Virus record (IMG/VR): IMGVR_UViG_3300037067_004861
Length of the DNA: 64,000 bases
Source of the DNA: a virus
Taxonomy: Duplodnaviria > Heunggongvirae > Uroviricota > Caudoviricetes
Reading direction: 5' to 3' (one strand)
A program made the translations under genes and the position numbers. Of this stretch, positions 16,189 through 25,395 are shown piece by piece. Position 1 is the stretch's first letter, and every line of letters starts with the position of its first letter. The notes below the pieces were generated by a model. The model saw only the letters and a program-made list of their open reading frames with translations. It did not search any database and had not been told where the DNA came from.

Positions 16189-16612
16189 TAACTATGGACC
16201 AATGCCCCTTGGACTTCTTCCATGATTTATACATTTCCTCAGCAGCGTCTTTCTGATTCTGCTTAGGCCAACTCTCGTTTGCGGCCTCCTCGAATCCTTG
16301 ACAGTCCTTAACTGTATCTCTTAGACGGGAGACACGGAGGGCCCATCCTTGGTGCCCTTGCCTTTGTACTTTGGCTTGATAGGCCGCGTGAGCCTCGGCC
16401 TCTTTTTGGAGAATAGGATGTTGCCTACCACTAACCGGACTATTAACACCGATTAGGTGCCCAGCTACCATTAACTCTTCATTAGGAGTGAGAATCGCGG
16501 AGACTATAATTAGTGATATTAAAATCATGGATTCTCCAAATCTTGTGCTTCGACCGCGTTCTTCATTAGTGTATAGACTATAATCCCAGTAAGGGCAGCC
16601 CGCTCTCCGCAT
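16106..16612 (-). CDS. Possible CAP/SCP (PR-1-like) domain protein with an N-terminal TM segment
   Basis: GHWSIVNGECKYYGCAMV...GVWYACFIVGK resembles the CAP1/CAP2 motifs; weak. Confidence 0.3.
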   Translation of the reverse strand: MRRAGCPYWDYSLYTNEERGRSTRFGESMILISLIIVSAILTPNEELMVAGHLIGVNSPVSGRQHPILQKEAEAHAAYQAKVQRQGHQGWALRVSRLRDTVKDCQGFEEAANESWPKQNQKDAAEEMYKSWKKSKGHWSIVNGECKYYGCAMVLADNGVWYACFIVGK

Positions 16613-16749
16613 CTAGTTTGAACATCCGCTATATATTTGAATAAGGTAGGCTGCTCTGCGGCCAGCTTATTGATAGCAGAAACGAAATAATCCTTCTCAT
16701 TAGATGCAATAACAGACCAGATATGATCTACGGTTATGGTGGGCAACAT
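16525..16749 (-). CDS. Hypothetical protein, paralog of 16752..17009
   Basis: Shared PTIT..H...........AI.....Q....KY......F..L...A.EA..LE pattern. Confidence 0.4.
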   Translation of the reverse strand: MLPTITVDHIWSVIASNEKDYFVSAINKLAAEQPTLFKYIADVQTRCGERAALTGIIVYTLMKNAVEAQDLENP

Positions 16750-16751
16750 TA

Positions 16752-17009
16752 TTAATCTTCCTCTAACTCTGCGGCTTCGATAGCATTAACTAATAGTTGA
16801 TAGAACAAGGCACAGATAGTAATATCTTCAACAGCCGTTGGCGATTGCGTTCGGAGCATATCAAAGAAGTATGGCTGACTCGTAATAAATGTCTTGATCT
16901 CGTACTCTTGTTCATCAATAGTCCTGGTAGAGGCTAGGAACGCTGCCATATGTTCTCTAGTGATAGTAGGAATATTCATTATTATCCTTGTTCTTATTTT
17001 ATCCTTCAA
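16752..17009 (-). CDS. Hypothetical protein, paralog of 16525..16749
   Basis: ORF track. Confidence 0.4.
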   Translation of the reverse strand: MKDKIRTRIIMNIPTITREHMAAFLASTRTIDEQEYEIKTFITSQPYFFDMLRTQSPTAVEDITICALFYQLLVNAIEAAELEED

Positions 17010-17069
17010 TAATTACACGGAGTAAGTATCCTAGGGCCACGGAAGCAAGAATTTCAAGTAATAGAATTA

Positions 17070-18137
17070 TCATTCTTCACCCCGGATTCTCCAAAACCTG
17101 GCTTCCTTTGGAATGCCGTCGTCACTTAGCTCTCGATACTTGAACTCAATCGTCGTACCTCGCGGATACAAGGGATGGGTGACGTATTCCGGAGCCACCA
17201 CACCAGGGAAGTCCACAGCGAGTCTTGTATAGTCAGGATTGTTGAAGGCACGTTGCTGGTGAGTGAATCCTGAGAGCTTCAATTTCTTGCCATTAAAATC
17301 AATTATCAAGGCCCCCATTAGTCCTAGTAACTGACCGGTTTTACCTTCTTCACCAAAAGTATATCCCGTGACAACGCCGTCAGCGGTGTCCCATGGCTTG
17401 TACTTTAACAGATTATGACTGCGTTCCGGGAGCCATTGACTCTCGGGTCGCCGCAGCATTACACCTTCACCCCCGGCTTCTAAGTAACCATTAAGATAGT
17501 TCTCCATCTCCTCGACTGCTTGAAGATGCTTAACGGCTAAACGCATTTGTGGAACCAAGGAAATAACACCACCAGGAAATAATGCTGACTTTTTTGAGAG
17601 CCATTGAAGCGTTGTCTCGAAACCCCAAGAAACGGAACTACCCTTGACTCCTCGCTCTTTCGCCCAAGGCAAGGCGTTTACCACTCGGAAAGAGTAGTCA
17701 TTTCTGATCTTAATATCACGACTCCGAAAGACGATTTCCGGGGACGGTGAGTCGAAGACCCTGTAGCCAACGCCCTGCCAATCGGCGTCGTTAGGCTCGA
17801 AATTGGCGATAGTCTTCCGGAGTGTTTGGAATCCTCGGATACCACCGTATAGCTCTCCATCTAACGTGATATCCGGTAGGTTATCAAGCCACCACTCTGG
17901 GGCGTGAATAACCTTGCCTGTTCGACTCCATAGCCCGGTAGCGATTACCTCGTCTACTAGACGACTGTCTTTGTAAGTATTGGCGTAAGGCACTTGTTCC
18001 GCAGGGACTCCGCGGCTGATCCCGCCATCCCAAAAGCATCGGGTGCCGTCGAGCTTCTCGGAGAGAAACCACCCTCCGATATTATTTTTACCTGGATTGA
18101 ACGTATGGGCCAACATTAGGTATTCACTTTTCGCCAT
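17070..18137 (-). CDS. ATP-dependent DNA ligase (compact, Chlorella-virus/T7-like); an RNA ligase cannot be excluded
   Basis: Motif I KLDGTR, III LDGEL, IV EGVMLR, V LLKYK. Confidence 0.6.
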   Translation of the reverse strand: MAKSEYLMLAHTFNPGKNNIGGWFLSEKLDGTRCFWDGGISRGVPAEQVPYANTYKDSRLVDEVIATGLWSRTGKVIHAPEWWLDNLPDITLDGELYGGIRGFQTLRKTIANFEPNDADWQGVGYRVFDSPSPEIVFRSRDIKIRNDYSFRVVNALPWAKERGVKGSSVSWGFETTLQWLSKKSALFPGGVISLVPQMRLAVKHLQAVEEMENYLNGYLEAGGEGVMLRRPESQWLPERSHNLLKYKPWDTADGVVTGYTFGEEGKTGQLLGLMGALIIDFNGKKLKLSGFTHQQRAFNNPDYTRLAVDFPGVVAPEYVTHPLYPRGTTIEFKYRELSDDGIPKEARFWRIRGEE

Positions 18138-18354
18138 AGTTAGCCTCGAAAACTTCTCTCATATTGGTTGTATAGGAAAGTACAACTTTTACCCAATAAG
18201 ATTGAGTATCACGATCAAAGAACCATCTATTTTTCTTACAATCTAAAATACGCTTTAGATAGAGAGGCTTAGAATTCACAGGAACTAGAAAATACTGCCT
18301 ATTCTCTTCAGAAATAGTATTTAAGGAATCCAACCACTTCGTGAATTTACTCAT
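18124..18354 (-). CDS. Hypothetical protein, paralog of 18347..18523 (MSKF.eWLDSL.TI.E)
   Basis: ORF track. Confidence 0.4.
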   Translation of the reverse strand: MSKFTKWLDSLNTISEENRQYFLVPVNSKPLYLKRILDCKKNRWFFDRDTQSYWVKVVLSYTTNMREVFEANYGEK

Positions 18355-18523
18355 TGCTCACCCAATATGATTGTGTGTCACTATCATAGAACCATTTATT
18401 ATCAGGGCAGTTTAAAACCATTTTCCGGAAGAATGGATTAGAGGTTGCTGGTATTTGGAGATAACTCTTACCATTCTCGATAATAGTATCTAGGGAGTCC
18501 AACCACTCGGAGAATTTACTCAT
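18347..18523 (-). CDS. Small hypothetical protein (58 aa), paralog of 18124..18354
   Basis: Manual translation MSKFSEWLDSLDTIIENGKSYLQIPATSNPFFRKMVLNCPDNKWFYDSDTQSYWVSNE. Confidence 0.35.
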   Translation of the reverse strand: MSKFSEWLDSLDTIIENGKSYLQIPATSNPFFRKMVLNCPDNKWFYDSDTQSYWVSNE

Positions 18524-18740
18524 TAGTGTCCTTTATGAAGTAAGCCTGCTTAAAAGCATTGTATTCCATTGCAAAATCACAGTCGAGACACACAACCAAT
18601 CGACTTCGGCGTGTTATGATTTTCTTATCACCAATCGCCGTGTACTTACCATCCTTGGTTAAGGAGAAATCTTGAGCCGTTATCTCACCAAAAACTTTAT
18701 CCTGGAGTCTGGTAGAATTACAACGTGGGCAGGTCTTCAT
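18516..18740 (-). CDS. Zinc-ribbon protein (CPRCNS...CLDCDF)
   Basis: Paralog of 18892..19080. Confidence 0.4.
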   Translation of the reverse strand: MKTCPRCNSTRLQDKVFGEITAQDFSLTKDGKYTAIGDKKIITRRSRLVVCLDCDFAMEYNAFKQAYFIKDTNE

Positions 18741-18891
18741 TTTAATTCCTATTATCTACTTATAGACCAAGTAAATTCGTCTCTCATAATCATAGACTTT
18801 AGCAGTCACACAAGGTAGAATTTCTTGGCCATTAAGATATACTTCGTAATCCTCTAGGTTAGGAATAACCTGAAGCCACTCCAACAGTTCT

Positions 18892-19080
18892 TTACCGGTC
18901 ATTATCATCCTCCAGGAAACTAGCGGATACTACGAAATTGCATTTAGCACAAGAGACTATCTGCGTTGCTTTCTGTGTAACAACAGGCTTGCCAATAACG
19001 GTTTCAGTAATCTCTTGTCGTGTGACCTTGCCGAACAGTGTATATAAGAGTGTGGGGCATTTACAGTGTGGGCAGATCAT
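18892..19080 (-). CDS. Zinc-ribbon protein (CPHCKC...CAKCNF)
   Basis: ORF track. Confidence 0.4.
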   Translation of the reverse strand: MICPHCKCPTLLYTLFGKVTRQEITETVIGKPVVTQKATQIVSCAKCNFVVSASFLEDDNDR

Positions 19081-19236
19081 TACATACCCACTAGTTGCTG
19101 GAGTATCTTGTTTAATTCTAATTGGAGAACAAGATCAGGAGTATTGTAGGATTCACAGTTTAATTCCCGTAGGAGCTTCAACAGCCGATACTTCTTCTCT
19201 TGAATCTCTCCTAGCAACCGTGAAGCCTCTTCCAAT

Positions 19237-19551
19237 TTAGGGTTCTGTGTGAGCATAGTGATGGATATCCATTAAAAGGTCTTCATTATCATTGATTTCA
19301 TTATCAATTTTGGAGATAATCCACTCTTTCCAATCGTCATGGTCCCAGAACCATTCTGCCGGAATCCGGGACTCCCCGAACTCAACATAATTGAAAGAGT
19401 AGTCGAGGATTATTATTTCATCGTCTAGGGGCGGTGTAGTATTATCGCCCTTGTCCCCAGGGATGACAGTGTAGATTATATCCAGTGGTATACGGCATTG
19501 CCAACCGATATAGATATCGTGCGTATAGGTGCCTATCATTTTACTACCCAT
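19237..19551 (-). CDS. Hypothetical acidic protein
   Basis: ORF track. Confidence 0.4.
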   Translation of the reverse strand: MGSKMIGTYTHDIYIGWQCRIPLDIIYTVIPGDKGDNTTPPLDDEIIILDYSFNYVEFGESRIPAEWFWDHDDWKEWIISKIDNEINDNEDLLMDIHHYAHTEP

Positions 19552-19835
19552 GAAACTTCACATTCGATATAAGTAGCCACTGGAGACGGGATAATATGAT
19601 TGTATTGATTACAGAATTGCTCAACGGCGAAACGATGATTCTCTTCCATGGTCATGTCATCGTTATAGTGTGTAACCACGTACCTATTACCTAGACCGGT
19701 GGCAATGATTTTAGCATCAAAGGTTGGGGTTGGCGGTCGGTATACAGTTCTGAGTTCAAACATCCTCGACTCCACAGATAGTGCAGAAACGATATGGTAT
19801 TTCGTAAATCCCGTAGTATACTTGTCCCCAAACAT
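19536..19835 (-). CDS. Hypothetical protein
   Basis: ORF track. Confidence 0.4.
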   Translation of the reverse strand: MFGDKYTTGFTKYHIVSALSVESRMFELRTVYRPPTPTFDAKIIATGLGNRYVVTHYNDDMTMEENHRFAVEQFCNQYNHIIPSPVATYIECEVSWVVK

Positions 19836-20076
19836 GTGGGCATCGTTTTATTAGGTGGTGCTGCTCTTTCCGCAATTCTCTTAACTGATTATTGTAATTT
19901 ACTTTAACCTCATCTATTTGGAGACGTATACTACGCAGCCTTTTCTTAATAGTCTCTGGTTTTAAAGTCTTTTTATTATTCATTTTGTTATTATTCATTT
20001 TATTATTATTCATTTTATTACCCACAATGCACCTCACAGTCCCCACAGATAGCACAATAGGTGTATTCTGCATCAA
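19756..20076 (-). CDS. Hypothetical protein, 3-gene paralog family (KTLKPETI.rRi..L...; C-terminal RC.H...CxICG zinc finger); N-terminal MNNNK repeats come from a 15-bp DNA repeat
   Basis: Aligned with 20018..20245 and 20254..20547. Confidence 0.45.
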   Translation of the reverse strand: MMQNTPIVLSVGTVRCIVGNKMNNNKMNNNKMNNKKTLKPETIKKRLRSIRLQIDEVKVNYNNQLRELRKEQHHLIKRCPHVWGQVYYGIYEIPYRFCTICGVEDV

Positions 20077-20245
20077 TGAATTTAATAGTTTTTAGAATGT
20101 GATTGCATCGTTGCTGTATCGCTGTGATTTCCATCTCAAGATCATTGTCGACTTTATGGTAGGCTTCTTTGGCTAGGTATCTTTGCTGTTGTAATTCCTT
20201 GATACGTCGACTAATAGTCTCTGGCTTTAACATATTATTTTTCAC
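20018..20245 (-). CDS. Hypothetical protein, paralog family member
   Basis: See 19756..20076. Confidence 0.45.
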   Translation of the reverse strand: MKNNMLKPETISRRIKELQQQRYLAKEAYHKVDNDLEMEITAIQQRCNHILKTIKFIDAEYTYCAICGDCEVHCG

Positions 20246-20253
20246 TACCTATG

Positions 20254-20547
20254 TTAGTCACTATAATTTAGCTGCCTGTGGCCATAGATAGTGCAAACGG
20301 TAAACACCGCACCCACAGATAGTGCAGAAGTGTCTAACGAATGGTTACACCGTTGCCGCAAAGCTTCGATTTTATTGTCAATATCTTTGGCAATCTTAAA
20401 ATGTGTATCGTTGTTACAGATTGCTTGCTTGTATAACTTTTGGATACGTCGCCTAATAGTCTCTGGCTTCAAAGTCTTATTATTAGGCATTAATATCCTC
20501 TTCCAGTACATTCTCAACGACGGCTTCGATATCAACCCACATTCCAC
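20254..20547 (-). CDS. Hypothetical protein, paralog family member
   Basis: See 19756..20076. Confidence 0.45.
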   Translation of the reverse strand: MECGLISKPSLRMYWKRILMPNNKTLKPETIRRRIQKLYKQAICNNDTHFKIAKDIDNKIEALRQRCNHSLDTSALSVGAVFTVCTIYGHRQLNYSD

Positions 20548-21127
20548 TACTTTCCTCTTCCCAATAGATGTTACTACGCTCCCGGACCTTCTCGAAGAGA
20601 CTCCTTAAATCATCACTTTCGATATTAAGATCAAGATCATAATCCAACTTCTTTTCCAAAGCCTTCAAGAAGTCATGCCTAACCCAATTCTCCCAAGCCT
20701 CATCCTGTGCGTCCAAACACATTCCGCCGTAAAGCATTTCATCCAGAAGAGGATAGCTAAGTAGGGCTTCGATGCGGCTGATTATAAGATCAAAATCTCC
20801 CCGCGGGCACGTCAGTAGTTTACCCAATTCGATAAAGACCGTGGAACTACCCCAACCACCTTCGCAAGGATGCACGAAATCATAAACCTCGAACTCATAC
20901 AGAATAGCCTCAGAATTGGATCGCTCAACAATGGAGCCACCGTAATCGGAGAAGGAAGTATAGGGCACCTGAACTAGGATATTATCATAATCCTTATCGA
21001 ATAATAGATTATGATTACAGGGTGCTAGCTCTGAGAAGTGCAGGGCGCAAATGTCTTCTAACTTGTCAATACCTATGTAGCGTTGCAGAGTTAGATTTAA
21101 ATCGAGAATCTTTTCTAAGCGTGTCAT
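20483..21127 (-). CDS. Hypothetical protein (214 aa)
   Basis: ORF track. Confidence 0.45.
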   Translation of the reverse strand: MTRLEKILDLNLTLQRYIGIDKLEDICALHFSELAPCNHNLLFDKDYDNILVQVPYTSFSDYGGSIVERSNSEAILYEFEVYDFVHPCEGGWGSSTVFIELGKLLTCPRGDFDLIISRIEALLSYPLLDEMLYGGMCLDAQDEAWENWVRHDFLKALEKKLDYDLDLNIESDDLRSLFEKVRERSNIYWEEESSGMWVDIEAVVENVLEEDINA

Positions 21128-21360
21128 AGTCCTCTCTCCTTGATTATATTCTCAATGCTGTCGGGTTCAAATGCCATGGAGTCATCATCCACTAAAATGT
21201 ATTCCACTACCTCTTGTCTTGCTTCTACTAGGGACACATCGTCTCCTGGATAGTTCTCATATGTGAGTTTAAAATCTCTTAATGCCTCCCGGAGATGGGT
21301 TGGAGGGTAGTACGTAATCAGTTTTTTATTGCGGTAGAGGGAGTATCCAAAGACTGTCAT
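21124..21360 (-). CDS. Hypothetical protein
   Basis: ORF track; 4-nt overlap. Confidence 0.4.
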   Translation of the reverse strand: MTVFGYSLYRNKKLITYYPPTHLREALRDFKLTYENYPGDDVSLVEARQEVVEYILVDDDSMAFEPDSIENIIKERGL

Positions 21361-21370
21361 AGTTTAATCC

Positions 21371-21538
21371 TTATTGCTCAATCCTGGTTAGGGACAGGGT
21401 AAGATTGGCTTCAGGATAAGCATTCTCCCACATCCTCCAATCCTGGATTGCTTGCCCCAAGGTATCATAGTAATAACGCAAGGTGCGTTTAGAGAGATTG
21501 ATTCTAAGGGTATACTCTGTATCAGAGTTTTTAATCAT
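21371..21538 (-). CDS. Small hypothetical protein (55 aa), paralog of 21542..21682 (shared WENAYPEA)
   Basis: Manual translation. Confidence 0.3.
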   Translation of the reverse strand: MIKNSDTEYTLRINLSKRTLRYYYDTLGQAIQDWRMWENAYPEANLTLSLTRIEQ

Positions 21539-21541
21539 AGT

Positions 21542-21682
21542 TCAATCCTTTAATAGGGCAAGGCTTGCTTCAGGATAAGCATTCTCCCATCCCAACCATT
21601 CGTCGATAGCCTGTTCCAAGGTCTCATAGTCACGGTTTATGGTGAGTTTATCAAGACTAATTCTGAGGATATATTGCGTCAT
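21542..21682 (-). CDS. Small hypothetical protein (46 aa), paralog of 21371..21538
   Basis: Manual translation. Confidence 0.3.
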   Translation of the reverse strand: MTQYILRISLDKLTINRDYETLEQAIDEWLGWENAYPEASLALLKD

Positions 21683-21692
21683 AATTTAATAC

Positions 21693-22001
21693 TCATAGTT
21701 CCGGCCTAGTTTTGTTTCGGTAGGCTACAGCTAGACCCTGCTTAATAGCCTTCTTCTTCGCGGCTTCCCTTGATGACTTGCTTCCCGGAGTATAGGTGTA
21801 CTTGGCCCCGCTTGTTCCCCACTGGTAGGCGGGCTTACCGTCTTTAGTTGTTCGATGTACTGGCATGGTTATCCTAGCGGAAAGTGAAAAGACCAACTTG
21901 AGGTTTATTATCAAAATCCAAGTCGAAGAAGGCTTTGGCAAAGATTCGATTGAACTCTTCAAAGGATAGTGTCCTGTTCTTTCCGACTTGCACGGGGGCA
22001 T
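21693..22001 (-). CDS. Hypothetical protein; the conserved core probably starts at internal Met (MPVHRTTKDGKPAYQWG...)
   Basis: ORF track. Confidence 0.35.
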   Translation of the reverse strand: MPPCKSERTGHYPLKSSIESLPKPSSTWILIINLKLVFSLSARITMPVHRTTKDGKPAYQWGTSGAKYTYTPGSKSSREAAKKKAIKQGLAVAYRNKTRPEL

Positions 22002-22152
22002 AGGATAAGAAGATATCGCCGTTATCCTCTAGACGGATTTGGATTTTAGGAGCACAGTCTCCGGAATCCACGTAGAAACGATCCAATGGATACTTAATCT
22101 CTGCTCGGATAGGTTCTGACCAAGCACTACTATCAAAGGCTTCTGGGTTCAT
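21874..22152 (-). CDS. Hypothetical protein
   Basis: ORF track. Confidence 0.4.
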   Translation of the reverse strand: MNPEAFDSSAWSEPIRAEIKYPLDRFYVDSGDCAPKIQIRLEDNGDIFLSYAPVQVGKNRTLSFEEFNRIFAKAFFDLDFDNKPQVGLFTFR

Positions 22153-22408
22153 TATTATCTTCTCTTAGGATTCGGCTATAGTATTCCTCGGCTATTGGAT
22201 CAATAGCCTCATTTTCGGCAATGATTTTATTATCCTTGAGCAAGGCTACCTTGACTTCCAATTCATGGTGATAGTCACATAGCTCATAGTATTTGTTGAG
22301 GGCATCAACATAGCTGTTAAAATCAAAAGTAGTGATATCGTCTTTGGACCAACCCACCTTAACTTGGTAGGACTTCTTCATTATTATTACCCCTGATAGT
22401 ATACTCAA
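22133..22408 (-). CDS. Hypothetical protein
   Basis: ORF track. Confidence 0.4.
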   Translation of the reverse strand: MSILSGVIIMKKSYQVKVGWSKDDITTFDFNSYVDALNKYYELCDYHHELEVKVALLKDNKIIAENEAIDPIAEEYYSRILREDNNEPRSL

Positions 22409-22649
22409 TCCTACCGTAATTGGTCATAGCGTCTTCAATTGCACCAAGACCCCTCCTTAAATAGAAATCTCTCTCACCATCATCAAAGAAACCATCGCCA
22501 TCTATATAGGAGCAAAACACCTCTACTCCCTTATATTCAGCACTATAGTAGCCATGCCTAACACGCATGTATCCAATCTCTTCCCCATCTAGATAAACGT
22601 CGTATTGCTCTGGCCATGCACGAGATGTTTGTACTAATTCAAATTTCAC
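22359..22649 (-). CDS. Hypothetical protein
   Basis: ORF track. Confidence 0.4.
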   Translation of the reverse strand: MKFELVQTSRAWPEQYDVYLDGEEIGYMRVRHGYYSAEYKGVEVFCSYIDGDGFFDDGERDFYLRRGLGAIEDAMTNYGRIEYTIRGNNNEEVLPS

Positions 22650-22909
22650 TGTAATACCTCTACTTCAATAGTGCCCGTTGGCAGAATAGTGGCAAAGAAT
22701 TCGGGGTTGTTTTTCTGTAAATATCTTAATGCAAAGACTCTGAGATTACCATCAATAATAGTCAAATCCTTAGTGACGCAAACCCTATGATACTTGCTCC
22801 AATCATCATCCCACCCATAAGTTAGAATAGATTTTAAGATTGGTTCGTGTAGTTTTATTTCCCGTAAAGAGTATGGATTAAAAGACAACCCATCAATGTG
22901 AATCTTCAT
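22646..22909 (-). CDS. Hypothetical protein
   Basis: ORF track. Confidence 0.4.
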   Translation of the reverse strand: MKIHIDGLSFNPYSLREIKLHEPILKSILTYGWDDDWSKYHRVCVTKDLTIIDGNLRVFALRYLQKNNPEFFATILPTGTIEVEVLQ

Positions 22910-22933
22910 CTTACCCTGCCTTTAAAATCATAA

Positions 22934-23007
22934 TGAGCCCGGCGGGACTTGAACCCGCGGTCTACGGATTAAAAGTCCATTGCTTTCCCAAACTAAGCTA
23001 CAGGCTC
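22934..23007 (-). tRNA. tRNA-Lys (anticodon UUU)
   Basis: Hand-folded cloverleaf: acceptor GAGCCTG/CGGGCTC, D-stem GCTT/AAGC, anticodon arm ATGGA-CTTTTAA-TCCGT, T-arm GCGGG-TTCAAGT-CCCGC. Confidence 0.8.
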
Positions 23008-23019
23008 TTATAGTTATAG

Positions 23020-23568
23020 TCAGAGTTCACCGTGTTCGGCTAAGAGTTTCTTGGCCGCAGCTATTTCCCGAACCATGTTCATACGTTCTTGAATATTTTT
23101 CAAAGCAAGTTTAGATTCATGGATTCGTGTAATATCATCTTCGGTAAGAAGGTTCATATTGCTTAGGTCATCAATTGATAGTGGTCGTGAAACTTCATAT
23201 TGTTCACCATATGACTCATCCATGGTAGATGTAAAATATGTGTTATCACTAAAAACAAGAATACACTGTGGTGTATATAGTTCAATAACTTTGGCTATAA
23301 TTGTTTTACCAACACAAGTGTGAGTGTAAGTAAAACGTGATAGGATTTCTAGTTCAACAATACTGCCACCCCCAGTTGTTAAATAAGAAGTAACGTCTGC
23401 TACTTCAACAGTAGCTTTACGTTGATTAATAGGCTCCCTTCGGTAGGGTGCGTAATCTGATACTATAATCTCAGGATTAATTTGTTCAATAGTACAATCC
23501 ATGAAAGCCTTGAATCTCCGCCCTTCGATCTCAACTACCTTACCACTCCGTACAAGCATTGGTTTCAT
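23020..23568 (-). CDS. Hypothetical protein (182 aa)
   Basis: ORF track. Confidence 0.45.
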   Translation of the reverse strand: MKPMLVRSGKVVEIEGRRFKAFMDCTIEQINPEIIVSDYAPYRREPINQRKATVEVADVTSYLTTGGGSIVELEILSRFTYTHTCVGKTIIAKVIELYTPQCILVFSDNTYFTSTMDESYGEQYEVSRPLSIDDLSNMNLLTEDDITRIHESKLALKNIQERMNMVREIAAAKKLLAEHGEL

Positions 23569-23609
23569 CGTTATACTTTCTTAAAATAATTAGCTTTAAG
23601 ACTTTGTAG

Positions 23610-23873
23610 TCAGGAAACTTTAAAATCCACAGCCAGTTCTTTTAGAGTAATAGCATCCTCTAATAGACTCGCTGCTTCCTGTTCTTTCTGAGTTGCCTTT
23701 CGGAGAAGCCATGCTCTGCAGAAGATATTAAGATCATCTAGGCTATCAAAAACCCATGTTCCATAATACTCAGTCCTAGTTAAATTGGAGATTGTGAGGA
23801 TATATTTCCAATTCTTTTGGATTATAAGTTTATAATCCAACCTGGTTAGTTCATGGTAGGTCATTAGAAACAC
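23610..23873 (-). CDS. Hypothetical protein
   Basis: ORF track. Confidence 0.4.
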   Translation of the reverse strand: MFLMTYHELTRLDYKLIIQKNWKYILTISNLTRTEYYGTWVFDSLDDLNIFCRAWLLRKATQKEQEAASLLEDAITLKELAVDFKVS

Positions 23874-24067
23874 TCATTGTGATAGGTTGCCCAGGCATCG
23901 TCATAATACTCACAGACTCTGTTGTAACAATCTTCACATGATTCTTGGTAATTGAGAATATCCTCAACGTAGCAGGTATTCAAACGTCTTATACCTACAT
24001 CCCTACGATAGCACCCACAAAATGGACATTTTCGCCATCCCAAAAGTTTTAGTATAAGGTTAATCAT
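23864..24067 (-). CDS. Small Cys-rich protein (CPFCGC...CEDCYNRVC)
   Basis: ORF track. Confidence 0.4.
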   Translation of the reverse strand: MINLILKLLGWRKCPFCGCYRRDVGIRRLNTCYVEDILNYQESCEDCYNRVCEYYDDAWATYHNECF

Positions 24068-24261
24068 AGTAGTGCCAAGAATCCCATAATCCCAAGAGCA
24101 CCGAACATAAGGGACGCCCAGAAATAGACTTGCTCACCCGTGGCTCCTAGTTCATAGATAGCAACCCCGGTAACAAGGAAATTGTAGGCGATCATCATAC
24201 AGATATAGATTGTGGTGAGCATGTTAAATATCCTGTTGGCTTTCATAGTGACATTCGTCAC
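24064..24261 (-). CDS. Small membrane protein (two predicted TM segments)
   Basis: ORF track. Confidence 0.4.
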   Translation of the reverse strand: MTNVTMKANRIFNMLTTIYICMMIAYNFLVTGVAIYELGATGEQVYFWASLMFGALGIMGFLALL

Positions 24262-24649
24262 AAATTATGTAGAGTGTATGGTCGTCATGTATCTCATCGG
24301 CAAATGGATCGACTCGTGGAATCTCCTCGTCACCACTCACTTCGTTCTCACAGAAATAACAAGTACCATTGGGACCGGACAACACCTCTTCCATATTATC
24401 CTCAACTACTGAGTCCTCAACTAGGATAGTAAGCTCAGTGGCAAGGCCATGGCACCGAAAATCCCTAGGGATATCCAGAGAATCCTCACCACGTAACTGG
24501 GACGACAATGATTTTATAATCTGTAAAGCCTCGTCGTTAGTTACCTCAAGAACACCAACCTTATTGTTTCCAAACTGTTGTATGTCAATCTGCATTTGTT
24601 CTGACCGTTTCAAAGGTTGTTTTGATTTTATACTCAACGAGACTGACAA
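24224..24649 (-). CDS. Acidic hypothetical protein with a C-terminal CxxC...CxxC
   Basis: ORF track. Confidence 0.4.
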   Translation of the reverse strand: MSVSLSIKSKQPLKRSEQMQIDIQQFGNNKVGVLEVTNDEALQIIKSLSSQLRGEDSLDIPRDFRCHGLATELTILVEDSVVEDNMEEVLSGPNGTCYFCENEVSGDEEIPRVDPFADEIHDDHTLYIICDECHYESQQDI

Positions 24650-24811
24650 CTAACTCATTATTGTACTTATTGATACTTATTAGATGCCTATAGTGCTTAT
24701 AAGCTTCCTCATAATGATTACCAAAATCAACGTCATCAGTCCCGGTTAGACTGACTAAATAACCAACAGTACATAGGTTCACCATAATAAGTCCTATTTA
24801 GTAGTTCCTAT

Positions 24812-25087
24812 TTAGTAAAGGTCCGCTTCACTTGCATCACACTCATCACAGGACGGTTGATGGAAAAGACATTGGGTCAAGCAGTACTCTTCCGTAACAT
24901 TACGTTGGACCATCGAACAGTAGAACAACATAGTAATCAGTCCTGAGTAAAAGAAAGAAAATGTAGCGAGCCCGATTACTCTTGTCTTTATAAGACCCAT
25001 TCTAAAAGATTTTAGACGGGTGACAAGACCCACGACCGTTGTATAGGTACGGGCTGAGCGGGGCAATATTATTGGTTTGTGGCACAT
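24812..25087 (-). CDS. Hypothetical membrane protein
   Basis: ORF track. Confidence 0.35.
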   Translation of the reverse strand: MCHKPIILPRSARTYTTVVGLVTRLKSFRMGLIKTRVIGLATFSFFYSGLITMLFYCSMVQRNVTEEYCLTQCLFHQPSCDECDASEADLY

Positions 25088-25153
25088 ACGCCTTTATCAA
25101 ACCTCAACAACGATCATACTCGCTGTATGCTGCCGCTACATTATTTTAGGATA

Positions 25154-25378
25154 TCAAATATCTGTGAAACTAATCTCCATTTTCTTAATCACACCACTAC
25201 TCTTAATAGTCCCACATAGTGGGGTCTCAGAACAGGTTGGATCATTAAGGAACTCTTCAATATCTTTAAGATTCTTCCACCAAGCAATTGCATCAGGAAA
25301 GAAGACAGAGCATAATGAGTAATCACCATCATCAAAATTGAGATAATATCCGTCAACCATTATGATATAGTATGTCAT
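25154..25378 (-). CDS. Hypothetical protein
   Basis: ORF track. Confidence 0.4.
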   Translation of the reverse strand: MTYYIIMVDGYYLNFDDGDYSLCSVFFPDAIAWWKNLKDIEEFLNDPTCSETPLCGTIKSSGVIKKMEISFTDI

Positions 25379-25395
25379 GTTATTACCTTATAATT

